Assembly (NCBI GenBank): GCA_051652765.1
Contig: JBOFUV010000074.1
Coordinates: forward strand, 1-64,000
Source of the DNA: Microcoleaceae cyanobacterium
GTDB lineage: Bacteria; Cyanobacteriota; Cyanobacteriia; Cyanobacteriales; Microcoleaceae
Direction: 5' to 3'
DNA: 64,000 nt
Made by a program: the position numbers and the translations under genes. Shown here piece after piece: positions 21,683 to 34,756 of this stretch; position 1 is the stretch's first letter, and each line of letters begins with the position of its first letter. Below the pieces are notes generated by a model that was not told the DNA's origin, ran no database searches, and saw nothing but the letters and a program-made list of their open reading frames with translations.

Positions 21683-21879
21683 AAACTTGCCTAAATTCGA
21701 CACAGTCTATAATTCTAGCAGATCTTTTAGGTCACAACCCTATTTCGAGTCAGTAAATTTTTGCCCTGGGACATCTGCTAGTATCTCTGTCTGGCTTGCA
21801 TTTGCGCTAATTTGGGGAGTTCTAGAATTTGCAGACCATTGTATGAGACTTTAATAGCAGTTGTTTTTGGTAAACTCCT

Positions 21880-22743
21880 ATGGCTGCGATCGCTGTTGAA
21901 CAGCAGCAATATCAAACTTACATTCTCTCTGATGGCGCTTCTGAGGTTCAGGTCGTTCCTGAACGGGGCGGCATTGTCACAGAATGGCATGTCGGTGGAC
22001 AACGGATCTTTTATCTTGATGCAGAACGATTTACCGATCCGGCCCTCTCGGTTCGGGGCGGGATTCCCCTGCTCTTTCCAATCTGTGGCAATTTGGGGGA
22101 TGACACCTACGCCCTAAATGGGAAATCCTATAGTTTAAAGCAACATGGTTTTGCGCGAAACCTACCTTGGACAGTGACAGAACAGACGACGGACGATAGA
22201 GCCAGCGTCACAGTTAGCCTCAAAAGCAACACCGAAACCCTGGCGAGCTACCCGTTTAAGTTCGAGCTGAACTACATCTATACCCTGAGGGGCAATACCC
22301 TGGAGCTGCGGTATCGCCATACAAATCTGTCTCAGGAGCCAATGCCCTTCGCAGCAGGAATTCATCCCTACTTTTTTGCGCCAGATAAAGGCCAGCTACA
22401 GATTGACCTGCCTTCAACCCAGTTCAAGGTAAAGGGAAATGACACAGTTCAAGGGTTTGCTGGAACATTTGATTTCGAGCAGGAAGAAATCGACTATGCC
22501 TTCATCAACTTATCGGGTCAAACCGCGACGGTGACTGATCAGAGTCGCAATCTCAAGTTAACCCTGAGCTATGATACTCACTATTCAACTTTGGTGTTTT
22601 GGACGGTCAAAGGTAAAGAATTTTACTGTTTGGAGCCTTGGACAGCTCCTCGCGATGCCTTGAATACGGGAGAATTCCTGCTGACGGCTCAACCGGGTGA
22701 AACCGTCGAAACGATGATTCAGATGACGGTTGAACTGGGCTAA
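21880..22743 (+). CDS. Aldose 1-epimerase family protein
   Basis: VRGGIPLLFPICG, QHGFAR, GIHPYF and FYCLEPW. Confidence 0.92.
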   Translation: MAAIAVEQQQYQTYILSDGASEVQVVPERGGIVTEWHVGGQRIFYLDAERFTDPALSVRGGIPLLFPICGNLGDDTYALNGKSYSLKQHGFARNLPWTVTEQTTDDRASVTVSLKSNTETLASYPFKFELNYIYTLRGNTLELRYRHTNLSQEPMPFAAGIHPYFFAPDKGQLQIDLPSTQFKVKGNDTVQGFAGTFDFEQEEIDYAFINLSGQTATVTDQSRNLKLTLSYDTHYSTLVFWTVKGKEFYCLEPWTAPRDALNTGEFLLTAQPGETVETMIQMTVELG

Positions 22744-22751
22744 ATCCCGGT

Positions 22752-23678
22752 TCAGGATGACCCTTTGACAAAATCTTGAATGCGCTCCCAGACCTGTTCC
22801 AACAGGTTTGGGTGTTTGGCATCAAACCATTCAATGTCTGGGTCAGCCCGAAACCAGGTGCGTTGACGCTTGGCAAATTGGCGGGTGTGCAATACGGTCA
22901 AATCTATTGCGGCTGATAACGTTAGATCTCCAGCGAGATACTGTTGGATTTCAGCGTAGCCTAAGGTTTTCAGCAAGGGCAAGTCGAGGCCGTATTTCTG
23001 ACAGAGGGTTTTGACTTCTTTGACCAAGCCCAACTCGATCATCATTTCAGTCCGGCGCTGAATACAATGAGTTAGGTCGTCAATCTTCATGGATAGTCCA
23101 ATTTGCAGCACCGGATAGGGAGGCGGAGACTCCCCTTGTTGTGCAGAAATAGGATGGCCCGAGACATAGAAGACTTCCAAGGCTCTTTGGGTGCGAGCTT
23201 CATCGTTCGGATGAATTTTTTTGGCCGCGAGTGAATCAACCTGTTGCAGCAGTTGATAACAGAAACCTTGCCCGAGGGCTTGAAACTGCGATCGCAATTC
23301 TGGCTGAGGCGCGACACGTGGGATTTTCATGCCCCGCAGAATTGATTTGATATACAGCCCTGTCCCACCCACGAGTAAAACCGGAGTCGTTAAATCAATC
23401 AACTTTTCTGCAATTAAAACTTGAGCTTGGGCTTGATAATCTGCTAGAGTTAAAACCTTGGTTGGATCACAAAGATCTATTAAATAGTGAGGAACAAGGG
23501 CCTGTTCAGCCTGAGTGGGTTTGGCAGTACCGATGTCAAACTCTCGATAGACTTGGCGCGAGTCAGCGCTGAGGATGACTGTCTCTAATCGCTGAGCTAG
23601 GGCAATGGCCAAACCCGATTTTCCAGTTGCTGTAGCGCCACAGATTGTAACTAACCCCATCCCACAATACAGTTTCAC
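22752..23678 (-). CDS. miaA: tRNA dimethylallyltransferase
   Basis: GATATGKS, SADSRQVY, IGTAKP, VGGTGLY and TRQFAKRQRTWF. Confidence 0.97.
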   Translation of the reverse strand: MKLYCGMGLVTICGATATGKSGLAIALAQRLETVILSADSRQVYREFDIGTAKPTQAEQALVPHYLIDLCDPTKVLTLADYQAQAQVLIAEKLIDLTTPVLLVGGTGLYIKSILRGMKIPRVAPQPELRSQFQALGQGFCYQLLQQVDSLAAKKIHPNDEARTQRALEVFYVSGHPISAQQGESPPPYPVLQIGLSMKIDDLTHCIQRRTEMMIELGLVKEVKTLCQKYGLDLPLLKTLGYAEIQQYLAGDLTLSAAIDLTVLHTRQFAKRQRTWFRADPDIEWFDAKHPNLLEQVWERIQDFVKGSS

Positions 23679-23877
23679 AATGCACTCTTTCTCTATCTCT
23701 GGATCACTACCCTCAGGATACCTTTAGAGCCAGCCTTGCAGCGATCATTTCTGATCGGAATCGACTTTCACCCATCCCCACACTCCCTAGATTGTCTTAT
23801 AAACGGTGCACCCTAGATTTAAATTCTTAATGAGAAGCCTCTCAAGTCGTTTCTAACCCTTTTGTGTTAGAATTTGA

Positions 23878-25878
<2,001 letters not shown>

Positions 25879-25988
25879 GGCAGGATTGCTAACGAACTCC
25901 TCAATAACCAAATTTACTTTGAATTTACTTTGAGCTTTGATGCAACTTGTCGATTTGAACCCGATTTTTAGCGTCCATACCGGGAAAG

Positions 25989-26807
25989 TTAAATTGTGTC
26001 CGGGTCAACTCCCATTTCTCGGAGTTTAGCTTTTAGCCTTTCATTTTGCTGTTCAGCGGTTTCGAGTTGTTGCTCTGCTGCTTGGGCTTTTTGCTCAGCG
26101 ATCGCCCGTTGTTGCTTTTCAGCCCTTGCTTTTTGTTCAGAAAGTTTGGCGGCTTCTTGAGCGGTGGGAGCCATTTCTCCTTCAGGGGTGAAAAATCTTA
26201 ATTTCCCCTCATGCACTCCCAGGAACAACTCCAACTGTTTGCTCCACATCCATCCGTTCTCGTTGGGTTGAATGTCTTGATATTCCCCACCCAACAGCTC
26301 CAATCCCTGAAATTCCAATGTGTCTGGGGAAAACCAAAAATACTCTGGCAGACGGAATACATCTTGGTAGATTTGCTTTTTCTCACCCCGGTCAACCGTC
26401 TGAGTGGAGTCCGAGAGTAGTTCGATAATCACATTGGGATACTTGCCCCCTTCCTCCCAGACTGTCCAACTTTTGCGAGTCTTGCGCTCTGTGTTCAGCA
26501 CCACGAAAAAGTCTGGCCCGCGAAACTCCTCCGATTTCTTCTGGTTCAGACTGTAGTAAATGGTCAGGTTGCCAAAGGCATAGAAATCCTGGCGGTCTTG
26601 CCAGAGGTATTCCAGCATGTGGATGAGCAGGATAATTTGGCGCAGATGTAGTTCCGTTTCCAAGGGAGGCTCCTGACTTTCTAAGTTGCAAGGAGGATAT
26701 GCAATGTCCATGAATTCAGACCCCGCCTGCTGAAGTTGCTCAAGCTGTTGGGATTTGGCCTGTTCAGATTCAGTTGTTTGAACGTCCAAGGCTGGGGTTG
26801 TAGTCAT
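25989..26807 (-). CDS. Uma2 family (PD-(D/E)XK) endonuclease with C-terminal coiled coil
   Basis: FRGPDFFVV, VIIELLS, EKKQIY and EYFWFSP. ATG at 26807 is preceded by GGAGGA. Confidence 0.92.
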   Translation of the reverse strand: MTTTPALDVQTTESEQAKSQQLEQLQQAGSEFMDIAYPPCNLESQEPPLETELHLRQIILLIHMLEYLWQDRQDFYAFGNLTIYYSLNQKKSEEFRGPDFFVVLNTERKTRKSWTVWEEGGKYPNVIIELLSDSTQTVDRGEKKQIYQDVFRLPEYFWFSPDTLEFQGLELLGGEYQDIQPNENGWMWSKQLELFLGVHEGKLRFFTPEGEMAPTAQEAAKLSEQKARAEKQQRAIAEQKAQAAEQQLETAEQQNERLKAKLREMGVDPDTI

Positions 26808-27299
26808 GGTGTCCTCCAGGGCAATAGTTGTAGTATAAACCATCAACATGGGTTGAGGGCCAAAAGTAGTTGCACATCGCATTGGGTTGTATTCTGAACT
26901 GTTCTTGTAAAAACTCAACGCGGGTTTGGCGTGAGATCAACCTGAACTTAAATGCAACCCACCACTGATCTATGCAACAATCAAACCAGAAATAACCTCT
27001 TCCATTCTTGACCGAGGAAATTCAAGTCCTTCATCCCTTCAGGGATGTTAACTCAGCCGAAAGTCGTTAGTAGCTTCTGTATTTTAGAAGAAGTAGAGAG
27101 TGGTAAAAAGCTTCTAGATTCCCACAGCCCATACTGTATGAAAGTCGTCGTCACCCATAGGCCCTAAGTCGATCTGCTTTCTAGCTTCTCCATCACCCTT
27201 CAGGCTTAAAGTGAATCTATTAGAGTGAATCTATTAGAATACAGACCAAGCGCACTCAAATTCTGGCTTCAAGCTGATCCCTATCACTAGATCATTAAG

Positions 27300-27497
27300 A
27301 TGGCTTATTATTTCACAGGATTTACAATTATTTTTTTCCTGCTATGTTACGGATATAGCTACACTATCGTTAAGATGGCCAAGAAGTGGGGCGATCAGGT
27401 ACTGTTTTATGGGATTTTTGGGGGCTTGTTTGTGTTCATGGCGTTTTGTGCCGTGTCAGTTCCTGTGCTGCATTGGCTGCTCGATAGCCCCGTCTAG
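27300..27497 (+). CDS. Small two-TM membrane hypothetical protein
   Basis: 65-aa ATG ORF with two hydrophobic segments, upstream of phoD. Confidence 0.55.
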   Translation: MAYYFTGFTIIFFLLCYGYSYTIVKMAKKWGDQVLFYGIFGGLFVFMAFCAVSVPVLHWLLDSPV

Positions 27498-27605
27498 GAA
27501 CTCCGTTTAGAGGCTCCGTTTAGAACTTACCGAGGACAACCGAAACCCCGGAATATTGCGAATGAATCATGCCATAGACTTCACTAAAAAGCACGGAGAA
27601 AACTG

Positions 27606-29186
27606 ATGAAACGCCGCAAGTTCCTGATCAGTTCAGCCCTTCTGAGTGGAGGAATGATTGGAACAAGCCTAGGTTCAAAGCAAGGATTGGCCCAATCTCC
27701 AGGCATTGTCTCCTCGGATCGGATGCGTCCTAAGATTCCCTATGGGGTTGCGAGTGGAGATATTGGAGTCGGTCAAGCAACGATTTGGAGTCGCAGCGAT
27801 CGCCCCGCCCGGATGATTCTTGAGTATGGACAAGAAGAATCCTTCCGCAATGCAACGCGGGTTATTGGCCCTGCGGCACTGGAAACCAGCGATTTTACAG
27901 CTAGGGTCAATCTCATTGATTTGTCAGAGGGTCAGCAAATCTTTTATCGTGTGACCTTTCAGGACTTGTCAGATCTGACGCTCTACAGTGAACCGGTGAC
28001 TGGAACATTGCGTACTGTTCCCAAATCTGGACAGGATATTCGATTTGCTTGGTCAGGAGACACGGCAGGTCAGGGTTGGGGCATTAATCCGGATTGGGGT
28101 GGGATGAAAATCTATGAAACCATCCGTCAGTGGAATCCTGACTTTTTCATCCATTGCGGTGATTACATCTATGCCGATGCTCCCATAAAATCTGAAGTTC
28201 AGTTGAAAGATGGCACAATTTGGCGCAATCTGGTCACAGAGGCGAAGTCAAAAGTTGCAGAGACTTTGCCAGAGTTTCGGGGAAACTATACCTACAATTT
28301 GCTGGATGAACATCTGCGTCGCTTCAATGCCCAAGTGCCGCAGTTGGTACAGTGGGATGATCATGAAACGACGAATAACTGGTATCCGAATGAGCAATTG
28401 TTGACAGATGAGCGCTATCAGGTCAAAAGTGTTGCGTTACTGGCTGCGCGGGCGAAGCAAGCCTTTTTGGAATACACCCCCATGCGCTGGAATGGTCATG
28501 ACCCAGAGCAAATCTATCGCTCATTTAGGTTTGGCCCAATGTTGGATGTGTTTATGCTGGATATGCGGAGTTACCGAGGTGACAACACCGCTAATCGCAA
28601 TCCAGTTCCTAGTCCAGAGACCGCCTTTCTCGGCGATCGCCAGATCAACTGGTTAAAGAACAGTTTATTGAATTCTCGTACAACTTGGAAAGTGATTGGC
28701 ATTGACATGCCGATTGGTTTGATAGTGCGGGATGGGGAAACGGCCTTTGAAAATCTGGCCAATGGAGAGGGTGTGCCTTTGGGGCGGGAACTCGAAATGG
28801 CAGAGTTGCTGCGATTTATCAAGCGCAACCAAATTCGTAATATCGTTTGGCTGACGGCGGATGTGCATTACGCCGCTGCCCATTATTACCATCCAAATCA
28901 GGCTCAGTTCCAGGATTTCTTGCCCTTCTGGGAGTTTGTCTCTGGCCCCTTACATGCAGGGAGTTATGGCCCTAGTAAATTGGACAACACCTTTGGCCCT
29001 CAGGTTCAGTTTCAAAGTACTCAAGTAGAACTTTCCAATCTTCCTCCCAACGCCGGGTTGCAATTTTTTGGAACGGTTGAAATTGACGGCTCAACTGGGT
29101 TGATGACGGTTTCCCAACACAATTTAGCAGGAGAAGTGGTGTATTCCACCGTCCTCGAGCCTGACCTGACCTCAGTCCAGACCTAA
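27606..29186 (+). CDS. phoD: Alkaline phosphatase D family protein (Tat-exported)
   Basis: MKRRKFL Tat motif, GVASGD, HCGDYIYAD, QWDDHE, LDMRSYR and LTADVHY. Confidence 0.93.
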   Translation: MKRRKFLISSALLSGGMIGTSLGSKQGLAQSPGIVSSDRMRPKIPYGVASGDIGVGQATIWSRSDRPARMILEYGQEESFRNATRVIGPAALETSDFTARVNLIDLSEGQQIFYRVTFQDLSDLTLYSEPVTGTLRTVPKSGQDIRFAWSGDTAGQGWGINPDWGGMKIYETIRQWNPDFFIHCGDYIYADAPIKSEVQLKDGTIWRNLVTEAKSKVAETLPEFRGNYTYNLLDEHLRRFNAQVPQLVQWDDHETTNNWYPNEQLLTDERYQVKSVALLAARAKQAFLEYTPMRWNGHDPEQIYRSFRFGPMLDVFMLDMRSYRGDNTANRNPVPSPETAFLGDRQINWLKNSLLNSRTTWKVIGIDMPIGLIVRDGETAFENLANGEGVPLGRELEMAELLRFIKRNQIRNIVWLTADVHYAAAHYYHPNQAQFQDFLPFWEFVSGPLHAGSYGPSKLDNTFGPQVQFQSTQVELSNLPPNAGLQFFGTVEIDGSTGLMTVSQHNLAGEVVYSTVLEPDLTSVQT

Positions 29187-30224
29187 CACGGTTCTAGCTG
29201 CGACACAATCGGCTTGAATCTGAAGTTTCAGCTCCTCCAATCCAGCAAAGCGGCGTTCAGGGCGCAAAAATTCTGCCAGGGTCACCGTTAAAGTGTGACC
29301 ATACAAATCCCCTGACCAGTCCAACAGATAAACTTCTACCGTAGGCAATTGTCCGGCAATCGTAGGCCGACAACCAACGTTCATGACTGCTGGTCGGTTG
29401 GTCAACGTTAACGTTTCTGCTTGCAGGGAAACTCGAACAGCATACACCCCATACTGAGGTAAAAGCTTTTCTGGGGGAATATCTAGATTTGCCGTTGGAA
29501 ATCCTAGGGTTCTGCCCAGTTGCTGCCCGTGAATCACCTGACCCACAATTTGATAGGGTCTACCTAAAAGTTCATGGACTCGGTGTAAATTTCCCTGTTC
29601 TAAAGCTTGCCGGATCATCGAGCTACTGATTCGCTCTCCTTGGTCTGAAGCATACAAGGGAATGATGTTAACTTCAACGCCAAATTGATGGGCAATCCTC
29701 TGTAAATCTTGGGGATTCCCCATTCGGTCTTTGCCGAAATGAAAATCAAATCCAACGCTGATATATTGGGCCTGAAGGGCATCTACTAAAATCTGCTGCA
29801 CAAATTGCTCTGGGCTGAGGGCTGCCAAGTCCTGATTAAACGGGAGCAAGACCAGTTGTTCTACTCCCATGCCCTGCAAACAGGCAACTTTTTCGTCCAA
29901 GGGGGTGAGTAACTTCTTTTGTTGACCTGAAAAAAACTCTTGAGGATGGGGGTGAAAGGTAACAACTGTAGAATAGAAATGATTCAATATCGTTGAAGCA
30001 GGACTCTGAGGCAAGCCCCCTTCAAGGGCTGAAGTTGACTGCTCCGGGGTAAATCCCAAACGGCCTGCCAGTTGCAAGGAGTGAGCAAGGATGCCTTCTC
30101 CTGAAACAGGATATTTCAGCACAGGCGAAATGACCTGTCCATGGCCTCGGTGAAGCCCATCAAAGTTCCCTAAGGCAAGGGCGGTTGGAGTTAAAGCAGT
30201 GTCTAGAGATGAAGTTATCCACAC
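29172..30224 (-). CDS. ribF: Bifunctional riboflavin kinase/FAD synthetase
   Basis: ALGNFDGLHRGH, VGFDFHFG, ISSSMIR, GRTLGFPTAN and NVGCRPT. Confidence 0.96.
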   Translation of the reverse strand: MWITSSLDTALTPTALALGNFDGLHRGHGQVISPVLKYPVSGEGILAHSLQLAGRLGFTPEQSTSALEGGLPQSPASTILNHFYSTVVTFHPHPQEFFSGQQKKLLTPLDEKVACLQGMGVEQLVLLPFNQDLAALSPEQFVQQILVDALQAQYISVGFDFHFGKDRMGNPQDLQRIAHQFGVEVNIIPLYASDQGERISSSMIRQALEQGNLHRVHELLGRPYQIVGQVIHGQQLGRTLGFPTANLDIPPEKLLPQYGVYAVRVSLQAETLTLTNRPAVMNVGCRPTIAGQLPTVEVYLLDWSGDLYGHTLTVTLAEFLRPERRFAGLEELKLQIQADCVAARTVLGLD

Positions 30225-30472
30225 GCTTTACATTTTGACATAAATCCAACGTAAATTTGACATCAACTGGTTATACCCAATCTTATCGCCAAAGTAGGGT
30301 TACCCCTTCGCCTAGGGCACTGTTCCTTGCTCAAGCTACCCTTTACCCAGAGCTTGCCTAAGAACCCTCACCCCTTTGTTCCCCTCTCCCAAAAGTGGAA
30401 AAAGAAATTGGGGAAGACGGGAGGCTGCCTCAAGTTGAATAAAGTCTGTAGTCCAATCCTCAGGCTTGGCTA

Positions 30473-31345
30473 TTAGCTCAAGTGGGTGTCTGGGGAAATC
30501 AACTGAATCGAAAGTCCTTCGCGAGCCATCAAGCTATCAGGAAATTGTTGGGCCACTTGTTCTCCGATTTGATCGAGAAAATCATCATTGTGCAAAGGAT
30601 CGTGGTGAAAAATAACCAAGCGCTTAACCTTTGCAGCCCGTGCAACTTTGACAGCTTCTTGCCAGGTTGAATGCCCCCAGCCAACTTTACTCGTTTTTTC
30701 TGAATAGTACTCTGCGTCTGTATAGGTAGCATCGTAGATCAGGACATCAGCATTCCGGGCTAGGAATAGTACGTTCTCATCCAATCGATCGGCAAAATGC
30801 TCCGTATCAGTCACGTAGGCTGCGGCATAACCTTTCCAATTTACCCGATAGCCAATGGCCTCTCCAGGGTGATTTAATAATGCAGTTTCAACTTTAAGAT
30901 CTTCTGTAATGTCAATCGGGTCTCCAATCACTACGTCAAAGAACTGCAAATTGGCTCTCATGGTTTGCAGGGGAACCGGGAAATTGGGATGCAACATCTG
31001 ATCATTGAGGCGTTGCTGCACAGTGGAGTGATTGGGGGCGATCGCTCCGTAGATATTAAAGGTGTTGACAGGAACAAACGCTGGCACAAAGAAGGGAAAC
31101 CCTTGAATGTGATCCCAGTGTGCATGAGTGAAGAAGAGGTGGGCTTTGACAGGCAATTGAGCCAGCATCGCCTGCCCTAAAACCCGTAAGCCCGTGCCTC
31201 CATCAAAAATCAAACGTTCTGAGCCAACTCGCATCTCAACGCAGGACGTATTGCCGCCATATCGCACTGTTTCTGCCCCTGGGCAGGCAATGCTTCCGCG
31301 AACGCCCCAAAAATGAACCGTAAATTGATTAGGAAAATCAGACAT
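30473..31345 (-). CDS. MBL-fold metallo-hydrolase
   Basis: FWGVRGS, YGGNTSC, THAHWDHIQG, DTEH, GWGHS and FHHDP. Confidence 0.92.
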   Translation of the reverse strand: MSDFPNQFTVHFWGVRGSIACPGAETVRYGGNTSCVEMRVGSERLIFDGGTGLRVLGQAMLAQLPVKAHLFFTHAHWDHIQGFPFFVPAFVPVNTFNIYGAIAPNHSTVQQRLNDQMLHPNFPVPLQTMRANLQFFDVVIGDPIDITEDLKVETALLNHPGEAIGYRVNWKGYAAAYVTDTEHFADRLDENVLFLARNADVLIYDATYTDAEYYSEKTSKVGWGHSTWQEAVKVARAAKVKRLVIFHHDPLHNDDFLDQIGEQVAQQFPDSLMAREGLSIQLISPDTHLS

Positions 31346-31884
31346 AAGCCTCACTGCAAATCAAACTCAGAACGTGATTTTACCGAATTAAAACACTCAA
31401 ATGCTTCGATTTTTCGCTTAAACTTGCAAATCAAACCCAATACTAACAGTTAAAGGGTGATTCAAACCACACCAATGATAGCCTAGGTTAAGTCAAGGGT
31501 CATATTCGACATTGATATAGAACCTACACTCTATCTTAAACCATAGAATGAACAGCAGTAACCGACTCCCAGACCTAATCCCCCTTTTAGACTGGAAAGA
31601 TTGAATTTGTAGAGAGGTTCGTGATGCCTTTTTGTCTGCAGACAAATCCAGGTAGCTCTGAGCAGACAGGAAGATTAGGTTAAGAGGGCAACTTGCTCTG
31701 AATTAACAGACTCATTTCCGATTAATGTCTAGGCATTCACGAAAAGTATAGTTATCGCCAATACCTTAGAGAGAAAAACCTTAGCAATAATGACTTTGAA
31801 GTTGCAGGATCTAGTACCATCACAACTTGGCTCCATACTGTAGGAATAAGAGATAGAAATTTTAGGCAAAAACGTTAAGAGCAA

Positions 31885-32268
31885 TCATTGATCGATTCGA
31901 GCTTTCTCAGCATTGTCTCTGAACTTATACTCCTTTTCCAATTCTTCATTTAAGAAATAGTTAAGGAATGTACGAATCACTGCAATTACCCCTAACTGAA
32001 TTAGAGCCTCCGTACTCGGTGCAACAGTAGTTGCCAGGATGTCTGCCCCAAGCTGGAACTCTAGAGCTAATGACAGCCATAGTCCCAATTGAATTCGGAT
32101 CTGGATAAAGTAGAGATCATTATTTTGCCAACGGAGTGACTGAAAAACAAGCTGAATGGTTTTGACAACGCCGAATAGCACACAATAAACTGAAATTGCT
32201 TCCAAACAAAACTTTGCAACCTCCACAAGCTCAGTCAAGCCTGCTTTGAAGAATTCTAGCCATTCCAT
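31885..32268 (-). CDS. DUF1622 domain membrane protein
   Basis: LGLWLSLALEFQLGADILAT and IAVIRTFLNYFL. Confidence 0.9.
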   Translation of the reverse strand: MEWLEFFKAGLTELVEVAKFCLEAISVYCVLFGVVKTIQLVFQSLRWQNNDLYFIQIRIQLGLWLSLALEFQLGADILATTVAPSTEALIQLGVIAVIRTFLNYFLNEELEKEYKFRDNAEKARIDQ

Positions 32269-32600
32269 AACTCAATTTTTCAGTCAAAAACAAGTCTTAG
32301 GTCACGGGGTCAATGGTAAACGATCAAAGGCTATGAACGCAGGTATACCGAATAACTAACCTCAGCTACTATCGAGCCAAGTTCCCTGCCAATACGACCG
32401 AAAGCATCTCATCTTCCCATATCAAACCAAGTTGTAGCCCCAACTCGTATGACAAAACATTAACGATTGCGCCTGTACCTAATAAACCTTCGGCGTTAAG
32501 GAATTAATCATTCAGACTGAGCGTTCAAGGCAGATATGGCATTCGATCAACCATGCCAAGATTGCTGTCAATCATTCTGTAAGGAAACTTTTGAGCGTTA

Positions 32601-32686
32601 AGCGCCAGTTGAAGTCACCCGCCGCCAACAGCTTTGGAGTTAATCCAATAACATTGCGGTAGGTCGGGTGCAGTCACTCGTTATAC
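32601..32686 (-). other. attC site, family A (R' end degenerate)
   Basis: - strand reads GTATAAC-GAGTG-ACTGCACC...GGTGACT-TCAACT-GGCGCTT. The TAA stop of the upstream gene lies inside R''. 58/62 nt identical to 34766-34827. Confidence 0.8.
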
Positions 32687-33379
32687 CCTTATTGACTTAA
32701 TGGCTTCGATAAGGTCATTCTTCCTCATCTTACTTATGCCAGTGATCCCCATTTCTTTCGCCAAACTTTTAAGCTCAGCAACTGTCATTTTTATTAGATC
32801 ATCTATTGGTGGGGGATCAGGGGGGGGTGGAGGATCTTGGGGCGTTAAGTAAAATACATCTTTAACTGAGTCTAGCTTCTTACCTTTAGTAATTCCACAT
32901 TTCAGATTTATAATCGGCTCAAAATTCTTCCAGTATTGACGAGGTGCTTCATCAATCCGACTCGTAGCAACAGCAAGTTTGATGGTTTTTAAAGGACTGT
33001 TGGGTTGCTCAATTAAGAACTGCAAAGCTGAATTAATTTCTTCTCTTGAAGCTGTAGAAAGATTTAGTTTCGGAGTTTCCTCCCTTGCAAGTATCTTTGT
33101 AAGGGAAGTGGTATCTTCTGTATCATCTGCAATGATACACCAAACTCTTTCTAGTCCAGCTTGTTCGGCAACGGCATACCCAAATGAATTACCCACAACC
33201 TGATATTTGTCCTTTTCAAGGATTTTAACAATCACTGGCAGCCAGTTTCGTCCTCCCTTTTGCTGGAGTTGCTTGGCCGCAGCTTTAATCAAGAAATCTG
33301 GGGCATTTGTGCCATCTGTTATCTCTATCTCGTCTAAATAGAGGTACATCAGACTGCCAATACTACTTGAATCTTTCAT
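32681..33379 (-). CDS. ParB-N-like / HhH-like / Rho-termination-factor N-terminal domain protein (cassette gene 2)
   Basis: N-terminal NWLPVIVK..YQVVGN..AGLERVWCII is ParB/Srx-like. KLNLSTASREEI resembles an HhH start. A PPPPPDPPP linker precedes C-terminal MTVAELKSLAKEMGITGISKMRKNDLIEAI (Rho_N). Confidence 0.8.
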   Translation of the reverse strand: MKDSSSIGSLMYLYLDEIEITDGTNAPDFLIKAAAKQLQQKGGRNWLPVIVKILEKDKYQVVGNSFGYAVAEQAGLERVWCIIADDTEDTTSLTKILAREETPKLNLSTASREEINSALQFLIEQPNSPLKTIKLAVATSRIDEAPRQYWKNFEPIINLKCGITKGKKLDSVKDVFYLTPQDPPPPPDPPPIDDLIKMTVAELKSLAKEMGITGISKMRKNDLIEAIKSIRV

Positions 33380-34716
33380 TGTAGAAAATACTCCTTCGCT
33401 AAGCTTTTGTAGTATTCATTGGCAAAACGATCTCTATAAACAGCAGGTATGCGAGAAAAAGCTGCACTTGCTATACTAGCGCAACTTAGGAGTTTGTGAA
33501 TATCTAAGTCTTTCTTTGCAGGGGTGTACTTGGGGTAAAAATAGGGTAGCAGGTTAAAGCCTTCTTTCTTCGCATTCAAAATAAGGTTATTGATTGCTTT
33601 CTGAGCAGCTTCTAACTGCGGTGGGGTAATTTTCTCGCCGTTAAAGAAGATGGGCAAAGCCACTGGAGTTCCGTCTTCTTTATCTTTTTGCATTTGTGGA
33701 ATAAATTGTTTGATAGTAGTAGCAGCATTCTCTAAAGAGAATAAATTATTATGCTTTGTGGGAAGAAGTACAACATCTGCGGCATAAACTGCAAGCTGGC
33801 TAATAAAGCGCCAATTTGGGGATGAATCTATAAAAATGTAATCATATTCATGCCTTGCAAACTCAAGTTTTTCGTATAGAGAGTATAACTTCATTTGCGA
33901 CCGAAGTTCTTTTTCATCTAGAGCAGCCACCTCATCATCAGTAGGAATAATATCAAAGGTAATTTCAGTCTTTTTAATATGAAAACTATATAGGCGAACG
34001 AGTGATTTTAACTCAGGGTTTCTATCAGTCAGAGCCTTTTTAAGCTCTCCTTCACTCCTCTTCATTCCCAGGACGTTGGTTAAATCTTGTTGATTAAAGT
34101 CAAAATCTAAAGCCAGAACTTTTTTACCTAGAAAAGCCAGAATAGCGGCAAGATTGACAGTTGTAGTTGTTTTGCCAACTCCGCCTTTATTATTGTAAAT
34201 CGCTACTGTCAAAGCTCGGCTCGTATTTTCAATCTTACGCTTGATACTTTCCACAATCTCATCAACATTATCTGGAGTAAGAGATTTACAAGTAGTGGCA
34301 GGGAAAATGGTCTTGCCGTGTTTTCTAAATAGTTGAATACGAGAAGAGTTGGTGATGATTCCCCATTGGCATGATTGGCAGTTGTCTCCAAGTAGTTGTC
34401 TTTTTAATTGATTAACAGTTGCGATGTACTTTGGGCTACCTTCAGACAAGTTAACGTCTTTACCTTTTATTTCTAGGAGTAGAAAGGGATTATTTTTGGT
34501 ATGCAAAAAAATGTCGTCTTCAAAGTTCTTTCTGGCAGCAAAGTCAGGAATTTCTCTTGCCGCAGTATTAAACTCGGGAACAATTTCTTCAGGCGTGAAT
34601 CCTAAAGATCCTAGAAGTTTAGTTGCAAAATTCCTGACCATAGCTTCACTTGCATTTGGTGGCAAGCTTTGAAGCACTGAGCTAAGACTGGATGTTGTAG
34701 AACTCATAAATTGCAT
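33376..34716 (-). CDS. HsdR-N-like PD-(D/E)XK nuclease fused to ParA/Soj ATPase (cassette gene 1)
   Basis: N-terminal EIPDF...LLLEIKG...QLKRQL...WGIITN. C-terminal NNKGGVGKTT (deviant Walker A), ALDFDFNQQDLT and YDYIFIDSSP. ATGA overlap with the next gene. Confidence 0.85.
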   Translation of the reverse strand: MQFMSSTTSSLSSVLQSLPPNASEAMVRNFATKLLGSLGFTPEEIVPEFNTAAREIPDFAARKNFEDDIFLHTKNNPFLLLEIKGKDVNLSEGSPKYIATVNQLKRQLLGDNCQSCQWGIITNSSRIQLFRKHGKTIFPATTCKSLTPDNVDEIVESIKRKIENTSRALTVAIYNNKGGVGKTTTTVNLAAILAFLGKKVLALDFDFNQQDLTNVLGMKRSEGELKKALTDRNPELKSLVRLYSFHIKKTEITFDIIPTDDEVAALDEKELRSQMKLYSLYEKLEFARHEYDYIFIDSSPNWRFISQLAVYAADVVLLPTKHNNLFSLENAATTIKQFIPQMQKDKEDGTPVALPIFFNGEKITPPQLEAAQKAINNLILNAKKEGFNLLPYFYPKYTPAKKDLDIHKLLSCASIASAAFSRIPAVYRDRFANEYYKSLAKEYFLQ

Positions 34717-34756
34717 TTCTAGTACTTGCCAATACTATAATGTGCTGCTGTCTTGA

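Noticed and set aside
31885..32268. DUF1622 gene as a further integron cassette
   Set aside because: It is co-oriented and adjacent to the array, but I could not find an attC after its stop codon.
33376..34716. Ordinary plasmid or chromosome ParAB partition locus, or a type I R-M system
   Set aside because: The ParA is fused to a nuclease domain, the partner lacks the ParB arginine patch, and there is no replicon, helicase, hsdM or hsdS. The pair is bounded by attC repeats.
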